A stretch of 64,000 bases of DNA, taken from positions 184,016,001-184,080,000 of the forward strand of contig NC_042998.1 of NCBI RefSeq assembly GCF_006345805.1. Direction: 5' to 3'. The first letter of the stretch is position 1, and each line of letters opens with the position of its first letter. The stretch is from Octopus sinensis. Its lineage: Eukaryota. Position numbers and translations under genes: made by a program. The notes below the pieces were generated by a model. That model worked only from the letters and a program-made list of their open reading frames with translations. It was not told the origin of the DNA and ran no database searches. Below, one piece after another: positions 34,735 to 48,714 of the stretch.

Positions 34735-37335
34735 ACTTAGATAACTTAGATTGGTTTTGGTCATTATCGGCCCAGGCCATAACTAACTCAATAGCACCAC
34801 CTGGAAAAGACTTTTAGTTATTTCAGGACACTATGGACCGCTCAAGCAGAGAGTTGTTGGTTGAGACGTATTTAGGTGTTGGTGGTTTATCTGGTATTTC
34901 CTGGAGGAATTTGTCCAGGTACCATTTGAAAGTTGTGGGGTCTTTTTCTACTTTAATTTCTTTCGGGATAACATTGAAAAGTGCAAGACCATTTTCAGTG
35001 AAGAAATTGCTTTGCAATGTTCTTATGTGATGTGATCTCAACCTTTGTAGGGGACATATTGCATCCGGGCCTAGTCTTGGGTGAACTGTAAACATAATTC
35101 CGATATCATTTGGATAATATTGGTGGAATATTTTCCACATGGAGCAAATAATGTATTGCTCATGGCAGCATTGCAGAGAATAGAGTTTCAGCTGTTTAAG
35201 TCAAGCCCAATAATCAAGTCCTATCATGCCATTTTTTTGGGGTGGATTGATCTTTGTGGCACATCATTCCTCATTATGTCTTGTTTCTTTTTTTGTATGG
35301 GGACCACAATGGGCAGCAGTATTTGAGGTGGGGGCCTAGCAAATGTGGAAAAGAGAAGGATGATGGTTTCATGATCCCTAGGTTGAAAGGTTCTGAAGAT
35401 CCATGAGCACATTCTGCGGCAATATCGACTTTTTTGTTTATGTGCACACTCCAGCTAAGGTTGCTTTTGACAGGGACACCTAAGTCTCTGAAATTATCCA
35501 ACTGTTCAAGTAAGTCTCCTGATGGTAGTGTATATAGTTGTTTCAGTCTGCCCTTTTTTCTAAAGTGGATGAGCTTAAATTTTTCTTCCTTTAACTGCAT
35601 ATTTTTTTGTACCCACTGGGTTACTGCACATAAGTCCGATTGAAGCATTGTTTGATCATATGCTCTCTTAATGACTTTCTGGAGCTTAGAGTCATCTGCA
35701 AATATTTTAATGTTGCTATGTTCAATGGAATCTGCAATGTCGTTGATAAAGTCAATAAAAAGAAGTGGACCCAGCACAGTACCCTGTGGGACTCTGCTGA
35801 TGACTTTTGCTGGTCTTGAGTGGATGCCATTAACCACAACATTCTGGGTCCTGTTTGTTAGGAATTACCTAATCCATTGAAGTAGCTTTCCAGTGACTCC
35901 AGCGTTGGATAGTTTCTTCAATACTATTCAGTGGTCAACTCTGTCAAAGGCCTTGCTGAAATCAAGGTATTTAAGATGTCATTAAAGTGGTGGAGGAGCT
36001 GTGTTAGTCCCTCTAACTGTGAAAGCCATGCTGGTTGCAATTTAGGAGATGATTTTGTTCTAGGTAGGCTGTTATTCTTGATCTCAACACTCTCTCAAAT
36101 ACTTTGATATGTGAGGTGAGTGAAATTGGACAGTAAATTGGACAGTGAGGTAAGTGAAATTGGAAAATAAATTGGACAGGGAGTGATTTAGTCCCCTTTT
36201 TAAAGATTGGAATGACTGACTGAGAGAGAAGGTTTTGAGAAATAAAACTGGTATCCAATGATTTCCTCCAGAGATTTGTAAGAGGAGCTGCAAGTTGATG
36301 TCTGCATTCCTTCAGCACTCTAACAGAGAACCTGTTAGGACCCACTGCTGAATCAAGTTTGATTTCTTTTATTGCTTCTAGGATATCAGTGGCATCAAAG
36401 GTTATGTCAGAAAGGACATGTTGAGGATTCAAAGAAGCAAAGCTGTTTGAGTCAACTGAATTAGGGTCACTGAAAACAGAGCAGTATTGACTTTGCAGGA
36501 TCTCAGCCATGTCTTTGGCATCACTGTTAAGTATGCCATTTCCGTTAACCAGTGGGCCAATAGAGGAAACTGTGGTCCTATGTGTTTTTGCAAAGGAGTA
36601 AAAGACCTTAGGATTATTCTTGATGATTTTAAAAGCCCAGACTTCCTCTGCAGCTCTTTGGTTGTTCATGAGGGTTCTCATACAGTCCTGCAGTTGTTGC
36701 TTCTTTGATTACAAGGTTGTTAATGTTCTCAATTGAGGGTGATGCTGATGGTGGTATTTTAGAGTATTGATTTTTCAGTTTATTCTTTTTATTCTCCTAG
36801 TGAGTGCTTTTCTCTGTTTTGGAATCCTGCATCTACTATTATTTATGAGTCGTGAGGGTGTGTATTTTGAACATATGTGGGTGACTGTATCCTCAAATAG
36901 TTGCCATACATTTTGTGTTTGTTGTGGTATTGGAGGAAGCAAGGGTGAAGGACCAGTCCACTTGCAATAAGTCTTGAGTGATCACACTCCAGTTTGACTT
37001 GTGTTATCAAATGGGTGCACTAGAGTTAGTGATTTATGCCAAATTTTCGGATGCTGAAGGTTGATGTTGCAGAGTAATATTTCCTGATCAAAGAAGGAGG
37101 GTTCTTTCCATTGTGATGTTATGAATAGTGTTAGCATGGTTGCTTAGCACTAGGTCTAAGACACTTTGGTTGTTTCTGGTTGGTTCATGGACAAGTTGTG
37201 AGGGGGAAAAAATTATCCATCAATTTAAAAAGTAACACTACTGCTGCTTTGTCTGAGCTTGAGGTGACGGTTCTTGGCCTAACAGTACTAATGGACCAGT
37301 CTACAAAGGGTAGGTTGAAGTCGCCTAACATTAAT
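34735..37335 (-). mobile_element. CR1/L2-type LINE, degenerate (AP endonuclease end, RT, 3' tail)
   Basis: MLGDFNLP at ~37310-37335; YCPISLTSHIKVFERVLR, QHGF, GVPQG-like RVPQGTVLGPLLF, IFADDSKL; (ATCTAAGTT)n-like tail; stops and frameshifts. Confidence 0.9.
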
Positions 37336-37340
37336 ATATA

Positions 37341-37509
37341 TATATTAAGAAAAAGGAGGCAGTCAGAATTTTGGATAATTCTTTATTGGCACTTTCATTT
37401 GTTTAACCGAATTCTTCAAGAAAAATTTTCTTGAAGAATTTGGTTAAACAGATGAAAGTGCTAATAAAGAATTATCCAAAATTCTGACTGCCTCCTTTTT
37501 CATAATATA
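37341..37509. repeat. Near-perfect palindrome (84-bp arms, 1-nt loop)
   Basis: Centre at 37425 (ttcttcaagaaaa-a-ttttcttgaagaa); 4 mismatches counted by hand. Confidence 0.95.
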
Positions 37510-37633
37510 CAATATCTGTACAACACTTCTAACACCCTATACATTCATACATACATACATACATACATACATACATGCATACATACATACATACATACAT
37601 ACATACATACATTCATACATACATACATATATA

Positions 37634-38018
37634 TGTGCCGGTGGCACGTAAAAAGCACCATCCGAACGTGACCAATGCCAGCGCCACCTTGACTGGCTTC
37701 TGTGCTGGTGGGATGTAAAAAGCACCATCCAAACGTGGCCGATGCCAGCGCCGCCTTCTGTGCCGGTGGCACGTAAAAGGCACCAACCGATCGTGGTTGC
37801 TGCCAGACTCCCCTGGCACCTGTGCCGGTGGCACGTAAAAAGCACCCACTACACTCATGGAGTGGTTGGTGTTAGGAAGGGCATCCAGCTGTAGAAACAC
37901 TGCCAGATCAGACTGGAGCCTGGTGCAGCCTCCTGGCTTCCCAGGCCCCGGTCGAACCGTCCAACCCGTGCAAGCATGGAAAATGGACGTTAAACGATGA
38001 TGATGATGATGATGATGA
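37634..38018 (+). mobile_element. RTE-tail SINE-like repeat with internal tandem subrepeats
   Basis: Several gtgccggtggcacgtaaaaagcacc subunits, then the family tail and (GAT)n. Confidence 0.9.
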
Positions 38019-38431
38019 TATATAAATGAGGAAATGATGACAATGATATATATACATACATATATATATCCTTGTCATCCTTTCCTCATTTAATGTGGAT
38101 AGTTTGACAGGATTCAACAAGTCAGAGAACTGTATTGTGTTCCAGTTTAAGCTTTAACATGATTTTTATGGTTGGATGCTTTTCCTAATGAGTTCCAGTT
38201 TAAAGGGCATACATGGTGCTCTGTCATTTCGCATTACCAGGACTAGTGTGATATAATATTGTTTCACTTTTATTCTTTCACTTTTAATTCTAATGTGATA
38301 ACACCAAGATGATCTTATTTTACACATTTACTGTTCAATTTATAGTTAACAATTATCGCAGCAGTTGCAAGGTTGCAAGGTAATTACAGTTACATATTAA
38401 CCTTTAAATTAACTTTTAATACATGTACTTA

Positions 38432-38536
<105 letters not shown>

Positions 38537-38779
38537 AAGTAATTTATCTATAATAATTATTGTGGCATTTACTGTTAAATTTGTAAATTAGCAGTTCATA
38601 CATGTGCTTCTATTTGGTTAATTTGCTTATGTTTGGTTCATTTACATTGCATACAAAAATAAAGACATACAATTGCTTACAAAATAGAGATTAATTTAGT
38701 TGGCAAATATATTTTATGAATCCGTACTGTTACTGTTTATCTCTTGCTCTGAGACTTAATATAACTTATCTCTCCCTTT

Positions 38780-38810
<31 letters not shown>

Positions 38811-38974
38811 ATATATATGTGTATACATACACACACACACACACACATATACACAGCATATAAGGGTACAGGATGTCACTAACAGTAAACTCACCTTTAT
38901 TTATGTTTATCATGTTTAATATGTGCTAAAAGTGTATATTTTGAATTTTGTTTATGGAAATTTTGATAAGGACA

Positions 38975-39370
38975 GAGAGAACAATGGTGAGGGAAATGTG
39001 TGGCATGAGGCTGTTTGATAAGAGGAGGACTGAGGACTTGATGGGGATGCTGAGGTTGGAGGAATGAGTGGAATGGCTGGCATGGGGGAATGGAGTGTGG
39101 TGGTATGCGCATGTGTTGAGGAGGGATGAGGAGCATTTTCTGAAGAGGCTGCTAGAGTTTGAGGTAAATGCACTGATATCGAGGTAGAATGAGGAAAATG
39201 TGGAGGGGACAGGTGGAGGAGGAGATTGGGAGGGTTGGCTTGAGAAGGGAGGATGCCCAAAACCAGGCGAGATGGCAAGATTGTGTGAGGGTAGTAGATG
39301 TGGCATTGAGGTAGATCGGGCCACCCCCATTAACGGAGGCAAAACCCAGATTCAAAATGATGGATGATGA
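38975..39370 (+). mobile_element. RTE LINE 3' fragment
   Basis: ERTMVREMCGMRLFDKRRTEDLMGML...WWYAHVLRRDEEHFLKRLLEFEV. Confidence 0.65.
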
Positions 39371-39402
39371 TGAATACACCAATGGTAATTATATAATACA
39401 CA

Positions 39403-39629
39403 AGGTGAGCTGGCAGAAATGTTAGCACGCCAGACGAAATGCGTAGCCGTATTTCGTCTGTCGTTACATTCTGGGTTCAAATTCCGTCGAGGTCGACTCT
39501 GCCTTTCATCCTTTCGAGGTCGATAAATTAAGTACCAGTTACGCACTGGGGTCAATGTAATCGACTTAATTCGTTTGTCTGTCCTTGTTTGTCCCCTCTG
39601 TGTTTAGCCCCTTGTGGGTAGTAAAGAAA
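39403..39629 (+). mobile_element. tRNA-derived SINE with Meta/Sauria-type central domain
   Basis: ggtgagctggcagaa...ggttcaaattccgtcgaggtcgactctgcctttcatcctttcgaggtcgataaattaagtaccag. Degraded relatives near 50520-50660 and 59870-60170. Confidence 0.7.
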
Positions 39630-39907
39630 CATATATAATACACAAGGTTTTGGTCAGCATGGAGCTGTAAGGAAAGAGAATTGCCCAACGTGTTGCACAG
39701 TGGGACTGAACCTAAGGTGACATGGTTGGAAAGCAAGCTTCTTAACCACAGAGCCACGCCTATAAAGGAGACATACTTTTTGGATAATATACTTCTTGAT
39801 ACAATATGCTTAACAAAAAGATGGGATGTTTTCAGTGGGAAGACCTTTGATTTTAATATTTACTCGACCAATACAACAACTAACAATGCTACACCATACA
39901 GGTGTGC

Positions 39908-40268
39908 TGTCTGTCTCCTACGATTTAGATTCCTAACTACTCCCACATTTTGCGGTGCAGTTTAACCAAAATCGGGTATCTTATAGTCGTGATTCATATC
40001 AAGCCCTTCTGGGTATTAGCACGCGATGAGTCTACGATTTAAAAAACAATTTACCATCAATTTTTCTCATTTTTAATGCATTTTTGGCATATATAAGGGA
40101 AGTAACTCTCTAAAAATTTATTATTAAATCTCAGAACGTAAAAAGCTACAGTAACACCCCCCTTTGTGGTTAGCCATATTGAGATGGCTATTATACTTTA
40201 CATCTCTAAAAATGCTTATATAATTATTTCCCTTATAAACCCGAGCAACCCCGGGCGATACTGCTAGT
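39908..40268 (+). mobile_element. Helitron-like non-autonomous element
   Basis: 3' end cccgagcaaccccgggcgatactgCTAG-T (hairpin plus CTAG at 40264-40267). 5' end uncertain. Confidence 0.5.
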
Positions 40269-40284
40269 ATGTATATATATATAA

Positions 40285-41010
40285 ATAAAAGAGAGAGATA
40301 AGTTATATTAAGTCTCAGAGCAAGAGATAAACAGTAGCAGTACAGATTCATAAATATATTTGCCAACTAAATGTGGCAGTTCTATAGATAACAGTGCTAC
40401 TGTTGTTTTTAGCCCAGGGAAGGCATCCCCTCCAGCTGCTCAACGACACACACAATATGTTCGATTAGTATTTGCGAGGGAGGTCATCGATCCCATCTCT
40501 AACCTTACACAGACCTAAGTTTCGGAGTGGTTATCCGTCTTCGGTGTGTGTTAACCATGAAGTGACACAGACTGTGTGTCGTTGGCCAGCTGGAGGAGAT
40601 GTCTTCCTGGGGCTAAAAACCACAGTAGCACTGTCCTCTATAGGATCACCACATTTAGTTGGCAAATATATTTTACTATTTTTTACTGTTACTGTTTATC
40701 TCTCACTCAGATTTAATATAACTTATCTCTTTATGAGATCAGTGACAGTGTGTTGCTAGAAAAAGGATATAGTATTTTGCTAGTGGAGTGAGTTTTTCAT
40801 CACTAGCCAGTGATTAACATACACTGAAGGTGGAAACTACCCCAAAAACTCAGGTCTGTGTGTATCACATAAGGCTAGAAATGGGAGTGATGACCTCCCT
40901 CACAAATACTAATCGGACACAGACTGTGTGTCATCGGCCAGCTGGAGGCTAAAAACAACAGTAGCATTGTCCTCTATAGGACCACTGCATTTACTTGGCA
41001 AATATATTTT
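40285..41010. repeat. Cluster of copies of one SINE-like repeat in both orientations, forming a ~165-bp-arm inverted repeat
   Basis: ~40285-40450 is inverted relative to ~40575-40735. A further copy at ~40830-41010 and a tail at ~38699-38780. Confidence 0.75.
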
Positions 41011-41060
41011 GTGTGTGCGTGCGTGTGTGCATGCATGTGTGTGTGTGTGTTGTGTGTGTG

Positions 41061-41095
<35 letters not shown>

Positions 41096-41580
41096 GTGAA
41101 TATTGAGAGAAAGATGTTAAAAAATTCAAAATGATAAAAAGCAAAGAGAAGATGTATGAAATTACTATAGAACAGACAGACTATAAATTTACAGTCTAAA
41201 TGTTCTGTCTTCATATTTCTCTCTTAATGCACTATTGATATGCAATAAACTTAATAGTGATGCACGCGTAACACATGCAACAGGCAATTAGTTAGTGAAT
41301 TGAGAGAGGGAGTAAAATGTCTGTACTTAATGGTTTAGTCAAGTCTGGATTACTTTATAGTAATGGACTGAAATGGATGTTTAGAGATGAGATATAATGG
41401 TGATATGACTGTAACAGGAAAGCTGTGTATAAGATGGCTTAGAAAACTAGATAGAAAGCAGGTAGGAAAGAAAGGAAGGAAGGAAGAAGGAAAGAAAGAC
41501 TGACAGACTTAGATGGATAGACAGATAGATAGATAGATCGCATGTAGGGAGGTAGATAGACTGATAAAAAGACAGGTATA

Positions 41581-41801
41581 CTCTTTACTCTTTTACTTGT
41601 TTCAGTCATTTGACTGCAGCCATGCTGGGGCACCGCCTTTAGTCGAGCCAATCGACCCCGGGACTTATTCTTTGTAAGCCCAGTACTTATTCTATCGGCC
41701 TCTTTTTGCCGAACTGCTAAGTGACGGGGACATAAACACACCAGCATCGGTTGTCAAGCAATGCTAGGGGGGCAAACACAGACACACAAACACATACATG
41801 C

Positions 41802-41832
<31 letters not shown>

Positions 41833-41998
41833 ATACGACAGGCTTCTTTCAATTTCCGTCTACCAAATCCACTCACAAGGCTTTGGTCGGCCCGAGGCTA
41901 TGGCAGAAGACACTTGCCCAAGGTGCCACGCAGTGGGACTGAACCCGGAACCATGTAGTTGGTTAGCAAGCTACTTACCACACAGCCACTCCTGCGCC
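41581..41998 (-). mobile_element. tRNA-derived SINE, full length
   Basis: Reverse complement of the 14833-15260 family. Confidence 0.9.
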
Positions 41999-42418
41999 TA
42001 TATGTAGATAACAGAATAAATAAACAGAGAGAAAGGCAGCTGTGTATGTAACTAAATGTTCTGAAGGCTGTGTCAATGAATATGTAGACAAAGAAGAAAT
42101 TTAGTGACAAATGAATTAATTGCTGCTGTCATTTAGCCTACCACCAATCCTGACTGAGTATACCTATGATGAAAGGTATTTGAAAAGTATTCAAGCTATG
42201 ATCAACCTGTCTTTTTCTATATCTACGACAACATAAGGCAATTTAGCTGTTATTTCTAGAAGTTCACACTGACATGTAGCATCTCGTTTGTTGTTGGATG
42301 GATGCAAAAACAGTTAACGAGCTAACTGGATAAATGCATGAGAGAAGTGGATGGATGGAGGGACAAATGGATGCATGAATGGACTGCTAGCCAGATGACA
42401 GTAGATTCTTAATATATA

Positions 42419-42469
<51 letters not shown>

Positions 42470-42486
42470 GTGTGTGTGTGTGTGTG

Positions 42487-42524
<38 letters not shown>

Positions 42525-42986
42525 AAGTAAGGGCAAAAGAAAAAAAAATTTTAATGCCAAAATATGCTGAAAATAGACACAACGTCAATAACCATGTAAT
42601 TTATCACTATAAGCACGTGTTTCGAAGAAAGCTGATAGAAATTTCTAAAAAATCCCATTATTACCATATCGGACCCGATTTCAGAATTTGTTCATAAGAG
42701 CCTTCCCTTCATCAGTGATAAATGCGGCAAAGAAGTAAGTGAAATACTTACTTATACCCATGGAAGAAGTGAACACTAAGTCATGAGCACAATTAAGTAC
42801 CTCAAATATATCCAAAATAGAAACTCTCTAGCACACCTCGAGACACGTGCGATTCAAACCGAAAAACTCTCGTAAAGGGAGAGAGTCCAGAAGTGAACAC
42901 TATTAAATTAACATCTAATTTAGGATAAAATTTTTCAAAAAAAATTCTATCAATGGCCAGCATATTAAAAAATACCTTTTATTAGC

Positions 42987-44065
42987 ATGTTACATGTTTT
43001 TATAAATCAAATATCATATATTAGCACTTCCATCCACTCTAGTGGTGTTTTCTCTTGCACACCACATCTGATGCTTCTTAGGTCCAACTTTTCTCTCAAG
43101 GTACTAACTCTCTGTCGAGTATGCACACCGACATTACACATCCATCGGATCATACTGGCTTCATTCCTTGTGAGTTTACACATGTCCTCAGCAGTCATGG
43201 CCCATGTTTTGCTGCTATATAGCATGGCTGTTTGTACACATGTATCATACAGTCTACCTTTTACTCTGAGTGAGAGGCCCTTTGTCACCAGCAGAGGTAA
43301 GAGCTCTCTGAACTTTGCCCAAGCTATTCTTATTCTAACAGCTACACTTTCAGCGCACCCTCCTTCACTACTGACTTGGTCACCTAGGTAATGGAAGCTA
43401 TCAACTACTTCTAGTTTTTCTCCCTGGAATGTGGCAGAAGTTGTTCTCTGCACATTTTCAGTGTTTATTGCTCCTGAGCATCTGCCACATACAAAAACTA
43501 TCTTCCCAGTTAGCCTTTCTTTGATATTGCTGCACCTCTTATGTGTCCATAGCTTACACTGGGTACATCATATAGAGTTTCTAGCTACGCGTTTTCTACA
43601 GATCGAGCAGGGTCATCTACCTGAAAGGATTTGTGGTTTGTCTGCCTTCCTACTTATTAGAACTTTGCTTATAGCTAGGTTGACTCTAAGTCCTTCGATT
43701 CTAATCCTTGCTTCCACGTCTGAAACTTCTCCTCTAGTTCTGATAGTAACTCAGCAATTAGAGTAAGGTCGTTAACATAGAGGTGCTCCCAGGGGCATCC
43801 TGTCTTGAATTCCTCTGTTATTGCCTGGAGGACTATGATAAATAGTAGGGGGCTGAGAACTGAACCTTGGTGGGTCCCTACTTCTACCCGGAATTTTTCA
43901 CTGTACTCGTTGTCAACCCTCACCTTACTGACAGCATTCCTGTACATGGTTTGCACAGCTCTCACTAACTATTCATCTATCCCTAGTTTCCTCATTGACC
44001 ACCAGATAAGGGATCGGGGGACCACTGTGAAAGGCTTTCTCCATATCAATGAAAGCCAGGTACAG
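42987..44065 (-). mobile_element. RTE LINE fragment (RT domain)
   Basis: VGTHQGSVLSPLLFIIVLQAITEEFKTGCPWEHLYVNDL; LEVVDSFHYLGDQVSSEGGCAESVAVRIRIAWAKFRELLPLL. Confidence 0.88.
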
Positions 44066-44249
44066 AGGTTTATCTTTATGTGTGTGTGTGTGTGTATGTG
44101 TGTAATGGAATAATTACTGTGAAGCATTGTGTAGAACATATAGTACATATTTGTTTCCTTGTGATTTACCATGCATTTACTTCACATTGTTTTGACCTTA
44201 CCGACAATATTTTATACAATATATATGTATATATACATATTATTGTTTG

Positions 44250-44545
44250 TTCCTTCTTGAGCCATGCCTGGCTCATAAGGTTCAATTTCCTGGTTTCATT
44301 TGCATATAGGTTCCCTGACTGGACAGGATGCTGGTCCATTGTAGATCAGCTACTAGATGCAGGAGGAAAGAGTGAGAGAAAATTGTAGCGAAAGAGTCAT
44401 CAGAAGTTTGCCATTACCTTCTGCTGGAGCAGCGTTGAGCTTAGGTGTTTCGCTCATTAACACACATCAACCAGTCTGAGATTCAAACGCACGATCTCTC
44501 GACTGTGAGTCCACTACTCTAACCACTAGACCATGTGCCTCCGCA
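44250..44545 (-). mobile_element. tRNA-derived SINE (same family as 27629-27935), older copy
   Basis: Head at ~44470-44545; body matches 5790-6090. Confidence 0.7.
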
Positions 44546-44588
44546 CACACACACACACACACACATACACACACACATGTATTTTGGC

Positions 44589-45228
44589 CAGTGGTTCTCA
44601 ACTGTTTTTTTTACCTATCAACCCCCTTTGGTTCCTATTTTACTCAGGTGAGCCCCCATAACCAGTTGTTGTTTAAAAAATCCTATATCATCATCATCAT
44701 CATTTAACGTCCATTTTCCATGTTAGCATGGGTTGGATGGTTCAACCGGGATCTGGGAAACCAGAAGGCTGCACCAGGCTCCAGTCTGATCTGGCAGTGT
44801 TTCTACAGCTGGATGCCCTTCCTAACACCAACCACTCCATGAGTGTAGTGGGTGCTTTTTACGTGCCAGGCGAGGCTGGCAATGGCCACAATTGGTTGGT
44901 GCTTTTTACGTGCCACTGGCACGGAAGCCAGTCAAGGCAGCGATGGCATCGGCCACGTTCGGATGGTGCTTTTTACGTGCCACCGGCACAGGGATCACTA
45001 CTACAATTTCCATTTGATTTTTATTTTGGTGTACTTGACTCAAAAGGTTACCTCAAGTACAGGGTATAATATATTTATAATCAAATATTATTAGGAATTG
45101 TATAAAAAAGATAGTTCAGATGTTTTGTGTAATATAGAAGTATAACCAATTTCATTGCTCATAAATTTTAATGGCAAAATGTTATATGGATCCCCAAAGG
45201 ATAGATGGACCCCAACTGAGAACCACTG
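44589..45228. mobile_element. hAT-Charlie-like MITE with a nested RTE-tail SINE (~44688-44993)
   Basis: TIRs cagtggttctca... / ...tgagaaccactg; TSD degenerate. Confidence 0.55.
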
Positions 45229-46179
45229 ATTTAGAAGTTTGTTTCCCAACCATGTGGTTTTGGGTTCAATCTCATGGGATGGCACCTTGGGCAGGTGTTT
45301 TCTGCCATAGCCATAGGCCAGTAACAGTCTTGTAAGTGAATTTTGTAAGCAGATCATATATGTATGGCTATATGCATGTACATGTGCGTGTATGTGGGCA
45401 CGTGTGTGTGTGTGTGTATATGTGTGTGAGTGTGTATGTATGTGGTGTGTATGTGTGTGTGTGTATGTGTGTGTGCATGTATGTGTATGTGTGTATGTAT
45501 GTGTATGTGATGTGTGGGTATGTATATGTGTGGTGTGTGGTGTGTGTATATATATATATATATAAATATGTGTGTGTGTGTGAGTGTGCATGTGTGTTGT
45601 GTATATGTGTGTGAGTATGTGTATATGAGTAAGTGTGTGGGTATGGTGTGTGTGTGTGTATGTATGTATGTAGTGTGTAGTGTGTGTGTGTGCTTATGTA
45701 TGTGTGTGTATATAATAATAATGAAATTATTGTATACAGTGCTCAGGTGCACCACAATATATATGTGTGTGTGAGTGTGTATGCATGCATGTATGTATTC
45801 AGTGTGTGTATGTAGTGTGTGTGTGTGTGTAGTGTGTGTGTGTGTGTGTGTGCATATGTGTGCATGTGTGTGTGCGCGTGTGTGCACGAGTCTACTTGTC
45901 TCGCCATCGCGCAGTAGTTTTTAACAAGCAACACTTGTCATTCAAGCAGTGTTGTTTGTTTTCAAACTTCCATGAAAACATGTGCAGGCATAGGAAAATA
46001 TTATCGTATTTGGAAACAAGAGGGGATTGGTGAGGGAAGGACATTTATCCATATAATATTTACCTCAATGATTTCTTTCTGAATCTATGGATGCATGAAA
46101 TGGTAGATGTTAAAATATGATGATGATGATGTTGATGGTAATATGTATGCATTTATATATTTAGATATACATGTATATC

Positions 46180-46284
<105 letters not shown>

Positions 46285-46330
46285 TTTTCTGTCTGTCTGT
46301 CAATCATTCTATCTGTCTGTCTGTCAGTTA

Positions 46331-46427
<97 letters not shown>

Positions 46428-46705
46428 ACTACCTACATACCTATCTATCTATCTATATGTATATACACACAAGAATATAGATAAATAGATAGATAGATAG
46501 ATAGATAGATAGAGAGATAGATGGATAGATGGATAGATAGATAGATGGATAGATAGATAGATAGAAGAAGAGGAGGAGAGAGAAAGGAAAGTGACTGAGA
46601 AGAGGATGTACAAAGACAAAAAAGAGAATGGCATAATGGCATATGGAAGAATTGGAATGGAAGAATTGGTACATAAGTACATACATATATCCATCCATCC
46701 ATCCA

Positions 46706-47722
46706 TGCATACATACATACATACATACGTACATACATACATACATGCATACATACATGCATTCATACATACATACATGCATTCATACATACATACATAC
46801 ATGCATACATACATTCATACATTCATACATACATACATGCATTCATACATACATACATACATACATTCATACATACATGCATACATACATTCATACATTC
46901 ATACATACATACATGCATTCATACATACATACATGCATTCATACATACATACATGCATACATACATACATACATACATGCATTCATACATACATACATAC
47001 ATACATGCACACATACATACATACATACATACGTACATACATACATGCATACATACATACATGCACACATACATACATACATACGTACATACATACATGC
47101 ATACATACATTCATACATTCATACATACATACATGCATTCATACATGCATACATGCATACATACATACATACATACATGCATTCATACATACATACATAC
47201 ATGCACACATACATACATACATACATACGTACATACATACATGCATACATACATGCACACATACAATCATACATACATACATACATACGTACATACATAC
47301 ATGCATACATACATTCATACATTCATACATACATACATGCATTCATACATGCATACATGCATACATACATACATACATACATGCATTCATACATACATAC
47401 ATACATACATACATGCACACATACATACATACATACATACGTACATACATACATGCATACATACATGCACACATACATACATACATACGTACATACATAC
47501 ATGCATACATACGTACATACATGCATTCATACATACATGCATACATACATTCATACATTCATACATGCATTCATACATACATACATGTATACATGCCTAC
47601 ATACATACATACATACATACATACATGCATGCATACATACATACATACATGCATACATGCATACATGCATACATACATACATGCATACATACATACATAC
47701 ATACATACATACATACATACAT
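46706..47722. repeat. ~1-kb compound (ATAC)n tetranucleotide array with ATGC/ATTC/ACAC/ACGT variants
   Basis: Read directly; source of the spurious 276-391-aa ORFs. Confidence 0.95.
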
Positions 47723-48665
47723 GCAATCCAAGAATAAGAGATCCTCACCAATTACCTGCAGCATAAAAGGCAGAAAACTTTGACAGACAACAAACGTAGG
47801 CTGTGCAAGACCAAGACAGAAGACATCAACCACATTATTGCCAACTGTGAGAGAATGTCTTCTCATGAGTCATGATATAGTGACCAGAACAATCTGGAAC
47901 ATCATTATCACCATCATCATCGTTTAACGTCTGCTTTCCATGCTAGCATGGGTTGGACGAATGACTGAGGGCTGGTGAACCAGATGGCTGCACCAGGCTT
48001 CAATCTTGATCTGGCAGAGTTTCTACAGCTGGATGCCCTTCCTAATGCCAACCACCCCAAGAGTGTAGTGGGTGCTTTTACATGCCAGTCAGGTGGTACT
48101 GGCAACGACCACGCTCGAATCTTTTACACATGCCACCGACACAGGTGCTAGTAAGGCGATGCTGGTAACAATCATGCTCGAATGGTGTCTTTTACGTGCC
48201 ACCGGCACGGAGGCCAGATAGCCGTTCTGGCAACAATCACACTCGGATGGTGCTCTTAGGATAACAAAAAAGAATACCTAAAAACAAAGTTGACCAAATT
48301 GAGAACGATGGGTCAAAAGGATATTGATGGAACTTGAGAATTAAAATAACTACCAAGTTAAAATACAACACAAGGAAAAGATATGTTCTGTTGTGGAAAT
48401 CAGCTGCTCCTCAACATGAATATGGTTTAAAAAATGAAGGAGAAAGAGGACATCTGGGGGCCATTGATAAGGAGTTTAAAATTCCAGTACCCAAGATACA
48501 CTTTCAGCTTCATATCAGTTATTATTGGAGCAGCTGGATACACAACAACAACCCATCTGGATTGAAGGGTGGCCGAACTTGGAATCTTGGAGGGAGAATG
48601 CAGATCCTTAATTCATAAGCTACAAATGATCATGATATCTGGGACTATAAAAATCTGCAAGATGT
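47722..48665 (+). mobile_element. R4/Dong-like (RLE-clade) non-LTR retrotransposon 3' fragment, interrupted by a SINE (~47900-48258)
   Basis: AIQE*EILTNYLQHKR...DNKRRLCKTKTEDINHIIANC (zinc-knuckle region) and C-terminal VIIGAAGY...KLQMIMISGTIKICK. Confidence 0.65.
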
Positions 48666-48714
48666 CCTTAAGGTTTATAATATAATATATAATGAAATTA
48701 TATATGAAATATAA

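Noticed and set aside
46591-47783. Long ORFs of 276-391 aa (HTYI repeats)
   Set aside because: Translations of the (ATAC)n array, open only because the repeat lacks stop codons.
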